Notes under the pieces: generated by a model
The model's input: only the letters and a program-made list of their open reading frames with translations
What the model was told of the DNA's origin: nothing
Databases searched by the model: none
Part shown: positions 37,176 through 49,904 of the stretch, piece by piece
Position numbering within the stretch: position 1 is the first letter of the stretch
How the letters are laid out: every line of letters begins with the position of its first letter
Source: Stegostoma tigrinum
Taxonomy: Eukaryota
NCBI RefSeq assembly: GCF_030684315.1
Contig: NC_081371.1
Location: 24,547,440 to 24,611,439 of the forward strand
Length of the DNA stretch: 64,000 nucleotides
Direction: 5' to 3'
Made by a program: the position numbers and the translations under genes

Positions 37176-39391
37176 GCTATAATTTCAAGTTGGTGCATTT
37201 CTAAATGCGATCTGCACTCACCTGCTTTATTTGCTAAGCTCATTGAATTGAAGCATAAACTCTTGAGCACAACTAAACTCTCTTTTCACATTTTCTAATC
37301 TTCATTCACTAACTTTCAGCTTTCTTCCTCCATTCATGATTTTATCCCAACTGAATTCACCCTCCAGGTCCCTCCAATGCCCCCACCAAACTAGTATAAA
37401 GCCTGGCCAACTGTAAAATAATTTGTTCTGGCCTGTTAGGTACAAACTTTATGGCTTGTTCAAATCCAGCTTCTCCCAGAACTGATGTCAATGCCCAAGG
37501 AATCTAAAGTCCTTCCATTATATTATCCCTCCAACCATGCAATAACCTGCTTCCCCTTCCTGCTTCTATGCTCACTGACCTGTGGAATTGGGAATAATCC
37601 AGAGATTATTAATTTAAGGTTCTACCTTGTAACTTATTTCCTAACTCCTTAAACTCTGCTGGCACTTCTTCCTTTTTTTTCTATATATGTGATCAGTACT
37701 AACATGGTCCATGTCCTCTTGCTATTCAGCCTTCCAACACCACAATGTTCTGTAGCTGCCCAGCGACATCCATACCTCTGGCATGATGAAAGCAATCTTG
37801 GATTGACATCTGCATCCACAAAGGTCTCTGTCCATTCCCCAACTATAGACCCTTATCACTATTGCTCTACCAGCCCTCCTTGAACACTCCTCCCCTTTAT
37901 AACTGAGCCACCTTATGGCACCATGGACCAACTTTTGAATGTCCCCCACAGATGAACCATCACCTCATTAGTATTCAGAACACCGTGCTGGTTGGAGAGT
38001 GGGATCCACTCAAAGAGCTTTTGAATGACCTGTCTATTTGTTTTTGACTACCTGGTGGGCGTTCATTCCCTGACTCCTCTATACCCTTAAGCTGCAAGGT
38101 GAATGCAGCTGTAAATGTACAATCCATGTAGCTCTCAGCCTCAACTTCTCACCACAATGACACTCGCTGCTGTCGAAGCTCTGGAACCCCAGCTGTTGCA
38201 AAAGTCAACAAATGGTAATTGAAGCAATATCTTGGAGTTCCCACATGCATTCTTAAGTTTGCAGCTATTCCACATCAGTACTTTATTTACCAACTATTAT
38301 CCTTATTATTACTAATAAACCTTGCTGCTAGTAATAAACCTTACCAATGCTAATAGAGCATTGCATAATTATAAACCTCCTTATTGTTAATCAACTATAA
38401 TAATACTGATAAACCCTACTCACACTTACTGCATTTTATGTAAAAAATACAACATAAAACTTGACAACTACTCACTTTTTACATGTTACTTTTAATATTG
38501 TTTTCAACTCCTGGTTGCTTAGCCTCAGCTCCTGGGCAACATTACTCACCGGCCAATCAACCTCAGACCTTCTTATTATGTCACAACTGGATTTTGTTTC
38601 TTAAGCCTAGCATTCTGCTGAATCTGAAGCAGTAACTCTATCCCAGGTAACCCTGACTGACTCAGCTCCTCCTCGTATTGATTTTCTCAATAACTCATTC
38701 TTAACATTTTCAATGCTGAGTGGAGCACTGTTCCTTTCGAGCAGAGTTCAGAGCTCACGCCTTGTCACTCTCCACACCTATCAATCAAACCTCTTCTGCT
38801 GGCAAGAATGACCACCTCCATCTCATTAGGGTCTGATCATGTGTCTCTGGTGCTCCTTCACCAGTCTTCAATGTTCCAGGCGAAAACTCAGCTTTTTCGC
38901 CCGCAGTACAGAGGAATAATAATGGAGTGAGTGCCAGATGGTGCTGAGGAAACACCTTATCACCAAACTGTTACCTGCTGAGGGTAACTGTTCCTATACA
39001 TTATCCGCGCCCCCCCCCAATCGTTTGCTATTTAATTTCTCCAGACCACCACCCTATTTCAGACCTTGCCTTTTGTTCTTCATTCCTCCCATCTTTCATT
39101 AGCTCAAAGTCTATTCCATTTCTAGCTAGTCTCAGTGCTGATGATGGTTTATCATCCTGAAACATTGTCCTGGGTTTTGTGCTCCATCCATCCCATTGCT
39201 GACTTTTTTTTGATTGGCGTTCACATAACATTTGACAGGTGGTTAGCGCAGCACCATCCCACACAGCCCTGACCCAATCCCCAAATGCACTAGTGTAGGC
39301 ATGGGCTGAAATTGGCAGCCTGTCCGCCAGTGAGAATATTACCACTCGAGAAAAGGAAACAAGATGCAGGGAGATGACATCGAAATCAAAA

Positions 39392-39787
39392 TGTCACCCA
39401 ATTCTACCGCTCACCTCGCCATAGTGTCACCCAATTCCACCACTCACCTCACCATAGTGTCACCCAATTCCACCGCTCACCTCGCCATAGTGTCACACAA
39501 TTCCACCGCTCACCTTGCCATAGTGTCACCCAATTCTACCGCTCACCTCGCCATAGTGTCACCCAATTCCACCGCTCACCTCGCCATAGTGTCACCCAAT
39601 TCCACCGCTCACCTCGCCATAGTGTCACACAATTCCACTGCTCACCTTGCCGTAGTGTCACCCAATTCCACCGCTCACCTCGCCATAGTGTCACGCAATT
39701 CCACCGCTCACCTCGCCATAGTGTCACCCAATTCCACCGCTCACCTCGCCATAGTGTCACTCAATTCTATTGCTCATGTTGCCATAG
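39392..39787. repeat. 33-bp minisatellite, 12 copies (TGTCACCCAATTCCACCGCTCACCTCGCCATAG)
   Basis: Directly visible, head-to-tail with no spacers; 12 x 33 = 396 bp. Confidence 0.97.
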
Positions 39788-40493
39788 TCCATCTCACTTA
39801 GAGCCTTGTAAGATTCCACCCTCTGTTTCTCTCCACAGATGCTGCCTGGCCTGTTGAGTATTTCCAATATTCAATTTTTAAAATTTATATTTCAGATGTC
39901 CAGGATCTGCAGTAGCTTGATTTTGACGAGTATTAAATTAGTTGAACCAATGACGCTGTCTATCGGACAGATGATTGTGCAATGTAGAATCTCGCCAAGC
40001 GAACTGCCTGATCTAGAGTGATGCTTGTGTTTGTTAGATGTTTTATCATTTGTTAATATATTATCTACTTTCTATAGTAGTTCAGCTGGATGCAAAATAT
40101 TCTTAAAATCTGTTGCACTGATTGCAAATTATCAGAGAGCTCTCCTGTAGTTAGCATTCTTCTTTGTCCTCCCAGTCCTACATTTAAAAAAAGATTGTTC
40201 ATTTGTTCTCCTCCATTGTGGAACTTGAGGAATGCGGAATAGCTGCCATCTTTGCCCACAATATCTGTAATCACCAACAGTGCATTCCAAAAGAATTCCA
40301 AGGAATGAAATGCCTTGAAACACCACATTAGGGTGCTTGAGCAGTGCAAGTATGATTTATTTTAAAATCAGAGAGCCGAAATTTTGACATAATGAGGGCA
40401 CATATTCACAGCAAAATTAATCACATTTTTGCAAAATTCAGCTTTTCATGGAGACCTTAGTCTTTTCAGGAAATTGGTAAACAACTCTTGCCA

Positions 40494-40691
40494 CCATAGC
40501 AACCAGCTAATCACTTGCTCAGAGCCTAGCAACAGCTGGAAGCTGGCATGATCAACAATGTTGAAGCTCCAGAGTCAGATTGGAATGGTGAAGGACACAG
40601 GATGGAAATGAAACTTCTAAACCTTTCATTACATAACAGTTGCTCAGGAAGCACTGCAATGAATCGGAAGAAGGGTCTCGGGAGTTATTCA
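40494..40691 (+). promoter_or_regulatory. Candidate RFX/X-box promoter and 5' exon for the 567-aa gene
   Basis: CCATAGCAAC (40494-40503) and CCTAGCAAC (40525-40533), then a donor TCA|GTAAGC at 40691/40692. Candidate acceptors at 42998/42999 and 43023/43024. Confidence 0.45.
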
Positions 40692-43193
40692 GTAAGCTAT
40701 TTTCAAATTTATCAATAACTATTCATGTGTATCATGTACATTGTTTCAAGTTTAAGGATCTGAACAGACTACCTGAAGCAAAGACATAAGAAAATATTTT
40801 ATGCATAAAGTGGAATGCTTCAAGTGGCTTTATCCTTTCATAGTTCTAGACCTCACTGCAATAACAAACATTCATGGTAATAATATGTTACAAGGTTAAT
40901 TTCCTTTTAATGTAAATTAGTTTTGTGAGCTTCTCTGCAATCAGTGATACATTTTAAGTCAGGAAGAAAAGTTCAACTAGACTGTAACTTATGCATAATT
41001 CTGTAATTACTATTTAGTGAATCATATATTTTAGTTTTTTGATGTTCACAATTAACTTCCGGGGAATGGTTTCAATACCATTGCGTATCAATGCTTTCCA
41101 TTTTAAAGTTTTCCCCATATTCCACTTCATAATTCTTAGTAATTTGTGCACCATCTGACCCTGACTCATTTCTCTACAATTCATTCCTTCCTAGCAAGTT
41201 ATACATTTATAAAAGCAATTAATTCAATTGAACTCAAATTAATTCCCCTTGTTAATATTTGAAATTATGTGATTTGAGTTCTCATCATGTTCAATAAAAC
41301 TCAGTGTAGAGTTTTACCAAGCTGTTGAAAGCATCTTCTGAAAGTGTGGTCAAAAATGGGAACCTTATTTCAAGATTTGGGGCCCAAACCAAATTTGGGT
41401 GCCATAATTCAATTTTTTTTGGATGATGTGTTGAATAACCCAAGCAGATAGTTCCTCAGGGTATTGCTGAAGGCCATTCACAAAACAGTCTACAGGAAAT
41501 ATTTTTAACAATTTTGTGGACTCAGGAGCAGTATGCATAATTATAGAATACACATCTTCAGGAATTATCCTCCTCTTCCCAAAAATAGTGAGCAGCCTAT
41601 GAGGTCTGGCTCAGTACATGCAGCTCATGGGTATAATGGAAGTGAGACCCAACCATGAAAGGCAGGGATTAAAAGTCAGGTTTCATTCAACAACCTACCT
41701 TTCAATAACTGTGTTGGCTTTTGCAGTTGTAAGGGAACAACAAAACCCATGATTCCTTATTTCTTCTTCAAGACAGTGTGAAATGATCAGAAATATTGTC
41801 ATGTTTCTTAAATTTTACGTTTTAGAAGTATCTTTGTTTTGCAGTGATAACAAAAAAATGAAGTGTGTAAGATCTTCAGATAATCAAAATTTCCTTTAAA
41901 AATGGTTAGTTTACTATTGTAATAATTGCAATTTGAGTTTCCATGTCAACTTATTTTTCCGTGAATGTTTATGCTCATCATAGTAAAGAGTACAAGAGCT
42001 GGAGATCCATCTTATTTTTCTCACTAGACAGCATTGTTAAATCATACCCTTCCAGTAAAGATGCATTCGTAGCTTAATTGCAATTCAATAGCACTCGAAC
42101 ACTCCCATGTCAGATCCATTTAGGTTACCCATACAGAAATCCCCTTGTCCAATAACATACCTCAACTCTAATGTTTATATAATTAAGAATATCAATGAAT
42201 TAGCATGTTATCACATTGTAATATCTAAAAGTACTTAATGCAGTGAATTACTTTGTTTTATAGTGACGTTGCACTGCAGTTCAATATTCACAGATCAATT
42301 TTTGTGCAATTAAATCTAAACTACCAGGAGTTGGGCTGTTACTTTCCTCAAGTCTTTTTCCTTGAAGCCAATCTCGTCAATCCTTCCTTATTAAACTTCT
42401 TTGGTTTTAATATTCTTGGAGCAATTTGTTCTGCTTCATTATAGAAAGGAAAAGACAGGTCTTAAGTAATTCCTGAATGAATCAAAACTGTTAACTAGTC
42501 ATTATTTTTTAAATAATTATTATCCTTCTGTAAATTTATGCATTGCATGTTTTTATTTCACATATTTATACTTTGTAGATTTACATTTTATCCTCATTGT
42601 CTTGTGTACATTCTTTGTTGAGGAGGCAATATTATTCCTTCAGTAGCTTCTTCTATTGAGATAGAAGTGACAATTGTCAAAGGGTTATGATAATATTCTC
42701 ACTGAAAGCATGAAGATTGTGATGTAATTGCTGCAAATAAATCAGTAGTTTTTCTGGAGGTCATTTGTCAATTAAAGAAGTTAGTACATTACAAAATGCA
42801 AGCTTTAACTGATCGAAAATACTTCAAAATAATACGTTTATGAAATATGGTATTCTGGAAGTATTTCAAAGTCTTTTATCTTGCGCTATATCAATAGCAC
42901 ATGCCACATTATTAGATTATATAAATACTGGAAATTGTTAATTGGAGCAATTATGTGAATTTCCCATGGTTTAATTCTGTGTTGTGGTTCATTTGTAGGT
43001 TTGGTCATACTGATTTTCCCCAGGAGAATTGAACATCAGTCATAATTGATTTTGGTTAATCTTCTGTCTACAAAAAGCATATGTTCTTCTGTGAGTCAGG
43101 TTACTGCTAGACCAAAATAAAACAAAACTCCACTAGGAATATTTGAACATAATCTAAGGAGTTAATGCTTCTGGAAAAACAATCTATCTTTAC

Positions 43194-44897
43194 ATGCAAA
43201 TGTCGAAGATAAAGAATGGGGATAAAACTAGAGTGAAACTGCAAGAGAACACCAAAGGAGATAGGACACGCAAGTTACTCTTTAATGCAGAAGAAATGTG
43301 TTTGGTTGATGTGTTGACAGACCCAAGGCAACTGCTTCATCGAGCATCACATAAAAAGCCTGGTAGTGCTCAGACATATAATTTGACTTCTTTAAACGCT
43401 GGAGGACTCTCCAGACCAATCATTATTGATCATTCTGAAGATTTCCAACATGGGATGAATGAAAACCTTGAAGAAAATGAAAACACATCGTCTCAAAATC
43501 CACCATGTCCGGCAAAGGTTCATATAGCCAAAAAGGGAAAAAAGAACATAACAAACAAAAGCAAAACAGCACAAGGTAATGTAAGGATATTTGAAAAGCC
43601 CCGAATAATCATTACGTTGATGAAGCCGTTTGGGCTACAAGTTCTGCGTTCCAATCCAGTCCCAAATATAAATGTGTCTATTCGACACATTCGAAAATGG
43701 AAAAGGAAAATGCGATCCCAAACTAAACAGCAGAGTGAAGATATTCAGAAGAAGAAAATTGTGATCCCAGTTGACAATCATCTGGAAAATTCAAATGATT
43801 ATATGGTTAAGAAGTGGATTCAACAAAAGAATGTCTTACTAAGAAAAGAGCGAGAAAGGAGGAAGAAGCAGAGACGCATAGAAAAAGCAAATAATAAAAG
43901 ACAAGAAATTGATCGTCAAAAGAGGCAAAAAGAATCTGAAGAAAAGGTTAAAATGTGGATGAAGAACAAAATAAAAAACAGTTCAAAGAAGAATATAAAC
44001 ATTAATGAGGGTGCGATTTCACTCAGTGCAGATAAAAATGCTCACAATGCAAAAATGACACCTCCTGTAGTAAATGCAGTGAAAAAATCTATGAGCCAAA
44101 ACCAAATTAAAACCTTAAAGACTGAAAAACAAGTAACTGAAGAAAAGTTGGATCTGAAAAAGAAAAGAGTCCTTATCCCAAATATGCAGAAATCCACAAC
44201 TGAGACAGTATCTTCAAAACCATACTTTGTTTCATTAGAAAATCAACTGATGAATTTATGCAAAGTGGACTCCACCAGGGGTCCAAATTCAAAGCAAGAC
44301 AACCAAGAATTTCAGAAGTCAAACAGCAAGAAGGCACAGAAGGTTAAATTATTGCATCAACAAATGGAAGTAAAATTGTTTCCAAAACCAACCTCTTTCA
44401 AAGTGACACAAAGAGATTCAGCATGTTTCAGCAACAAACCTCAAACTAAAGAATTGAATAATGGCAATCCCAGAACTGGAACACATCTTATACACAATCT
44501 TCCATTCAATGAACTGCTTTCAAGAAAGTCAAAGAAACCCAAGGTGTTGCAAGCAAAAGTGAAGGAAAAAGAACCAGAACTGGATAAAAATGTTGTCTCA
44601 AAAGTGGCAAATAAAGAAATGCAAAATAAAATAGATAACAAAGAGAGTGTGTTTAGAAAGAAAGAGTTTGATAAGTTAGCTAACATTTCATTAGCATCTG
44701 AATTCACAGCGGTCACTCCAAAACCAAAATGGCTCCAAGAAGCCAAAGTTACTCCAGCTGTAAAGAACTGGTTTGTGCATAGATTGGAAGAGAATCTGAA
44801 TGGTGAAAATAGTGATTCATCACCACAAGATGGCCAGAAAGCCCAACTTAAAACATCTTATTCTTTGTGTGGAAAGACATATGAAGCAGCTAAATAA
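43194..44897 (+). CDS. Uncharacterised 567-aa Lys-rich protein, single coding exon, with a Trp-anchored charged helix (MAP9/CCDC34/CCDC181-like)
   Basis: A 1.7-kb stop-free frame in AT-rich, apparently repeat-free DNA. Contains KKWIQQK...(E/R/K-rich)...EEKVKMWMKNK. No transposon motifs. AATAAA at 44893 and ~45563. Confidence 0.82.
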   Translation: MQMSKIKNGDKTRVKLQENTKGDRTRKLLFNAEEMCLVDVLTDPRQLLHRASHKKPGSAQTYNLTSLNAGGLSRPIIIDHSEDFQHGMNENLEENENTSSQNPPCPAKVHIAKKGKKNITNKSKTAQGNVRIFEKPRIIITLMKPFGLQVLRSNPVPNINVSIRHIRKWKRKMRSQTKQQSEDIQKKKIVIPVDNHLENSNDYMVKKWIQQKNVLLRKERERRKKQRRIEKANNKRQEIDRQKRQKESEEKVKMWMKNKIKNSSKKNININEGAISLSADKNAHNAKMTPPVVNAVKKSMSQNQIKTLKTEKQVTEEKLDLKKKRVLIPNMQKSTTETVSSKPYFVSLENQLMNLCKVDSTRGPNSKQDNQEFQKSNSKKAQKVKLLHQQMEVKLFPKPTSFKVTQRDSACFSNKPQTKELNNGNPRTGTHLIHNLPFNELLSRKSKKPKVLQAKVKEKEPELDKNVVSKVANKEMQNKIDNKESVFRKKEFDKLANISLASEFTAVTPKPKWLQEAKVTPAVKNWFVHRLEENLNGENSDSSPQDGQKAQLKTSYSLCGKTYEAAK

Positions 44898-47264
44898 AGA
44901 TCTAATGTCCTGAAACAAGATGGTGCACTGAGAGATAAAGAGATTGAAGCAAGTTCAGAGGAAATATTATTTGGCTTTAATGAAAATCTCTGTCGTAGAT
45001 CATGTGTTCAGGAAAATAACATGTTAAAACATAAAAAAAACACAGCCAATGAGTAACTGAACTGATCTCGTGATGGAACCACTTTGTAAGCAAACACATT
45101 TTAGAATAGATTAATTTAATTTGATCAATGAAGTATACTGACCAGTAGATTAAAATTACATACAGAAGTAAAACTATCCCTCATGATCACTGTTTTCTTG
45201 AAAAACAACTACCTAAATGACTGTGAAAGATGCAAAATTTTTAAATGTCCAAATGCCACATTGGTGAACCAAGTTCTTTTGAAGTTATTAACTAACCCTA
45301 GTCATGTACTAATTTTCAAAATTGTGGAATGTCTGAACAATGTACAAAATCTTCTAAACCACTTGTTTTTGTAAAGGAATAATTCTGTGTTGGTGGAAAA
45401 GGAATAGTGGAAAAGGAAAAGGAACTTGAAATCATTCAAGTTTTACAGGATTGTACTCTTTCAGTCAGGTCACACAGGTGATAGTCCAAATGCCCAAAAA
45501 GAATTTTTGGCATATTCTTTGGCAGAAAAGATTACTTGAGTTTATCTGTGTGTTAGAATTTGAATAAAAACACTATGCTTTCCAAAGTTTGTTACTGAAT
45601 ATGTCAGAAAGTTGAGGTAATAAACTGAACCGAATGACTAATACACCAATTGACTTGCTCTAGATGGGAGGAGGAATGGATCAATACTCTTCCTATGAAC
45701 TAGAATTATGTTCCTTTCCAAAATTTCACCTGTTTTTTCATTATAGCAGTACAAATAAGAAATCAAAAAGTACTTGGATAAGCACTTGAAGTGACCTAAC
45801 ATAAAAGACCATGGGCCAAGAGCTATAGGCTGGATGATTCTGTCAACCAGCTTCCATGCTGTACATTACTATGATTCTATAAATTAAATGACTAGAATAA
45901 TATCAACTATGAGTAATTAAGGTCCAATATATATTTAGTCATTAGAATAACAAACGTAAGCAGAAGGATATGTTTACTGTATATGAAAGACGTCTGTTCT
46001 AATTTGAGTAAAGTTAGCTGTCTGAGTATCTGGAGAAAGTTCCATCATGAGGTAGCTAATCACGAGGATATTAATATGTAGGAGTCCAATCATCTACTTA
46101 TGTATGAAATGCATTGAAGAAAGCTATTATGATACCTAAGAAGAGCTCTGCAAAGTTATTTAAGTAGCTGAAGAAGATCTACCTTCGTAATGTATAGATT
46201 GACCATCTTTGGTATCTGAATAAAGTCTGATCCATATACTCAATAGCGCAGTGAATGTCAGTCAAAGTTTGATGCTGTCAACCAGAGATGAAGGGAGGCT
46301 TAACTCATTATGCTGTACTAAGGGTCATGACTATATTTTCATATGATTATGTTTATTGATGGGGCCTGACAGTCTGAGCCCATGAGTGATGCAATTAAAG
46401 TGATCAGAAACCTGCAGCATTTTCACGATCAGGTTGCCTTCGTATTCATTGCAAATCGCGTGGAACAACTCATCATTAGGAGGGATATAAAATCTAGCAT
46501 CTCCTCATGGAACCCAGCTGCTGTAGGCCAGTGGAAGTCGTGGGGATGTAATCCTCAGGGAGGATCCAGAGGTTGGGCGATTGAGACTGTGAAATCTTTT
46601 GGGGCTTGTGGGAAATTGACACTTTGGATGCTGCAAAGCCATTTATAAATCTTTATGTTCACAACTTGTGGACATTCTTTGAATGCCACTGGTTAAAGCC
46701 ACTCTACAACAATCACAAGCATTGCACGCACTGTCCCCTTCAAAATTGACTCTTCAACATTACAATGGGTCCATACAACATCATGGGACCCCTAATGAAA
46801 CTCCCACCTGTTTCCTGAAAATTTTGGCCCAAGATTTTGGGAGTGAGAAACCAACCTCCTGTTTATATAATCATTTCAGGCAAATGTTGTACCATCTAAA
46901 TAAATGGTAGCACACAACTTTCTCATTTCCTATCTCTGTATGCACCATTTCTATTTCCTAATGCTGTCATTATTATGTAAGAGTGAATGAGGAAAGATAG
47001 TGCTGGACTCTGAGTCACTAGGAACTGAGTTGCAACTGTGCACACTATTCCATAATAAGATTGCCATCAATAGGTTGCAGAGTTTATATAGTGCAAAAAC
47101 TAAGGATTTCCCTAGATAAATTCCATTGCTTCTCTCTCTAAATAGCAGTCCCTACTGACTTCATGGCTTTTTCTTTGATGAGTCCTGCTATGTGTAGTTT
47201 AAGTAAGCCCCTCCCACAGTTTACCAAGCATTAAGTAATGGATTTCCTACTTTTTACTTTCTTT

Positions 47265-47595
47265 TTAATTTATTCATTCAGGATAAGAGCATGCCTAAAT
47301 GGACAGAGGGCAGTTAAGAATCAACCACAATGCTGCGGTTCTGGAGTCACATGTAGGTCAGACCAAGCAAGGATGGCAGTTTCCTTCCCTAAAGGACATT
47401 GGCGAACCAGATGGTTTTTTTCTGACAACCAACTATAGATTCATAGTCATCATTAGACTCTTAATTCCAGATTTTTTAATTGAATTAAATTCCACCATCT
47501 GCCATGTCAGGATTCAAACCCGAGTTGCCAGAACATTAACTGGGTCTCTGGATTAACAGTCCAGTGATAATACCACTGGGCCATCACCTCCCCTG
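47265..47595 (-). mobile_element. tRNA-derived SINE (same family as 36488-36845)
   Basis: Shared head and body sequence. Confidence 0.8.
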
Positions 47596-49904
47596 GCTTC
47601 CATAGTCTTTGAACTTTCCTTCTGAGTTGGAATTAGGTTTCTAAAATTCTCCTGTATCATTCTAATTCTGACTTTCTGACTTCCCCAGAGCTGCAACCTC
47701 ATTTTTAATTGTTTCCATGGCCCTTGCTTTCCCTAACAGCAACCATATCTCACTATGGCAGTGATGTTCAATTTGAGCTGTAAACACTTCACTTACTTCC
47801 AACTTATTGAGCCTCTAAACTGTGCCTTTTCTATAAAGTTTACCTGTTGCCCACCAGGAATTTCAACTTTACTGGTGGAGTCACCAGTGTCCAAATGTCT
47901 TATGGCAGAATGATGACTTAGGACCACAGCTACAGAGCATTGGTACCCAATGCAATTGCTTTGGTGATTTATGTCTCATATATCAGTTTACCTTTAGCAG
48001 ATATAATGATGATGTCATCACTATATCACAGCATGTGACCTGAAGGAGGAAAGCTCCAAACAGTTAAGGAGGTTGGGTGGAGTATGGGAGGAGGAAGCCC
48101 ACAGGAGAGGCTGTTGTGATATCCACCTGACTGCCTTACTTGGATGTATGGTGATGCTGAGGCAGGACAGGAGACAGCGGGGGCATTGTTGGTACTGGCT
48201 GCAGCATTGGAAAAGATTAAAATAACACCAATGGAAACAACTACTAGGCTGTGATTGCAGCTGTAGCCAGTGCGTCCCAACAGATGCGTGTTCACGTGAG
48301 TGAGAGAAGGCTTTAATTACCTCCTGCATGTCAGCAAGACACTGGCTCTAATTAAATGCTGGACTGCAATTTCAGTGGGCTCCTATCTGCCATCAGGAAG
48401 ATCCAGAGTCGCATTAATAATCCTCAATTGGGTATGCTCCGTTGCCAGGCAATTAACCTTTGTGGCATTGACTCCTCCTCTCGCAAAATCATTGGGAGTT
48501 GGCAACGTGTTAATTGGCTTACCAGTCACATCACATCCTAACTTGCTCCCATATTTGCCTGCACAAGCTTGCATTCTCTGCACTAACTCTGCTTTTCTTC
48601 CTACAGTTGCTGCCATATCTGCAGAATATTAACAGAATTTAGTTTGAAGTTTAGATTTGTAGCCAAGGATTTGTTGATCTATTGGTTTTCTCTTTTGATG
48701 AATTTTATGGACAAAAAACTTTAAGTTGTCTATTCTGTTTGAAGGTGCTGAGTGACATCTATGCACTTCCAACAAAAGTTGTTTTTAATTTCAAATTTCC
48801 AGTATTTGCAGTTTTGTTTTTTTTAAAGACTGGTTTCAGTGACTTGTCCCATGTGGGTGTAACTGTAGATTGGTTGGTTTGTCAAATGTTGCTTGCATGA
48901 TCAGGAATAATCCTGCTGTGTGGAGGCTTATTGATTCTGTGAACTTCCAAACCACAGGAAAGGTCATCCCATTCCTTGAAGTTGTCAGTATGTCAGCATG
49001 CAGCGAATAGTAATAAAGTGGAAGAGGCGGCCTGCTCTGACACATCCAGTCACATATAGGCACTGTGGGTTATTAACAGTTGTGAATATAGGGCCTGATT
49101 TTTAGATTCATATATTTGTCCTCCTTGTTTAATTTGTTGAAGTGCTAGGGGGATAGCCAAAGGAATCCATGTTCTCCCTCCTTTGTTAGCTGTGACGCAG
49201 GATGCTGCAGCAACTGCCAAAAACTCCTGGGAAGTGTGAACTCATGTGTAAAGTGCATAAACATGCAAGTGTGCAGGATATTCAATGAAGACATTTATTG
49301 TTATCTATTGCAAATAAAGCACACTGTGACACTAATCTACTAAGTGGTAAGTTTACATTGCAAAAATTATAAAGTAAGCCAGGTAATTAATCATTTCACA
49401 CCAGTGAGGTTATACAGAAAGCTTGAGCTAAATTACTGTTTCATGTGGGATCCCACTGAGTGGGATCTCACTCAGATAATTAAAATATGCAAATACAGTT
49501 TCCTCTGCCTGTAATACTGCCTCTTTCTACATTTAGAAGTGTGCCTCATAAAATCAGACACATTGGTCTCGATCTTCCAACTGGAAGACAGTCTTTGCAG
49601 CCAGGCTCCCTGAAAGATGTGCGATGGAACGCCTCAAGATTGTGACACTTCCTTTCTACCCAGGAACTTTAAAAATCCAATTGGTAATTATTCCACAGTT
49701 AAACCTCCAGGAAGAGCTACAGACCAGAGTTAGAGTCAGAGTGTTCACTGACCTGAATATTTCCTGAAGAAAGTAACTAGAGGGATTACAACTTGCTATA
49801 ACTCCAAAATAACTATCAAACTGATCCCCACTGACCCCTTCCATTCCTCCCCCCCCCCCCCCCCCCGACCACCACCATAGCCTTCCCCATGACTGTGACA
49901 TCCT

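Noticed and set aside
39392-39787. CRISPR-like array of 33-bp repeats
   Set aside because: The units are contiguous with no unique spacers, there are no cas genes and the context is vertebrate; it is a minisatellite.
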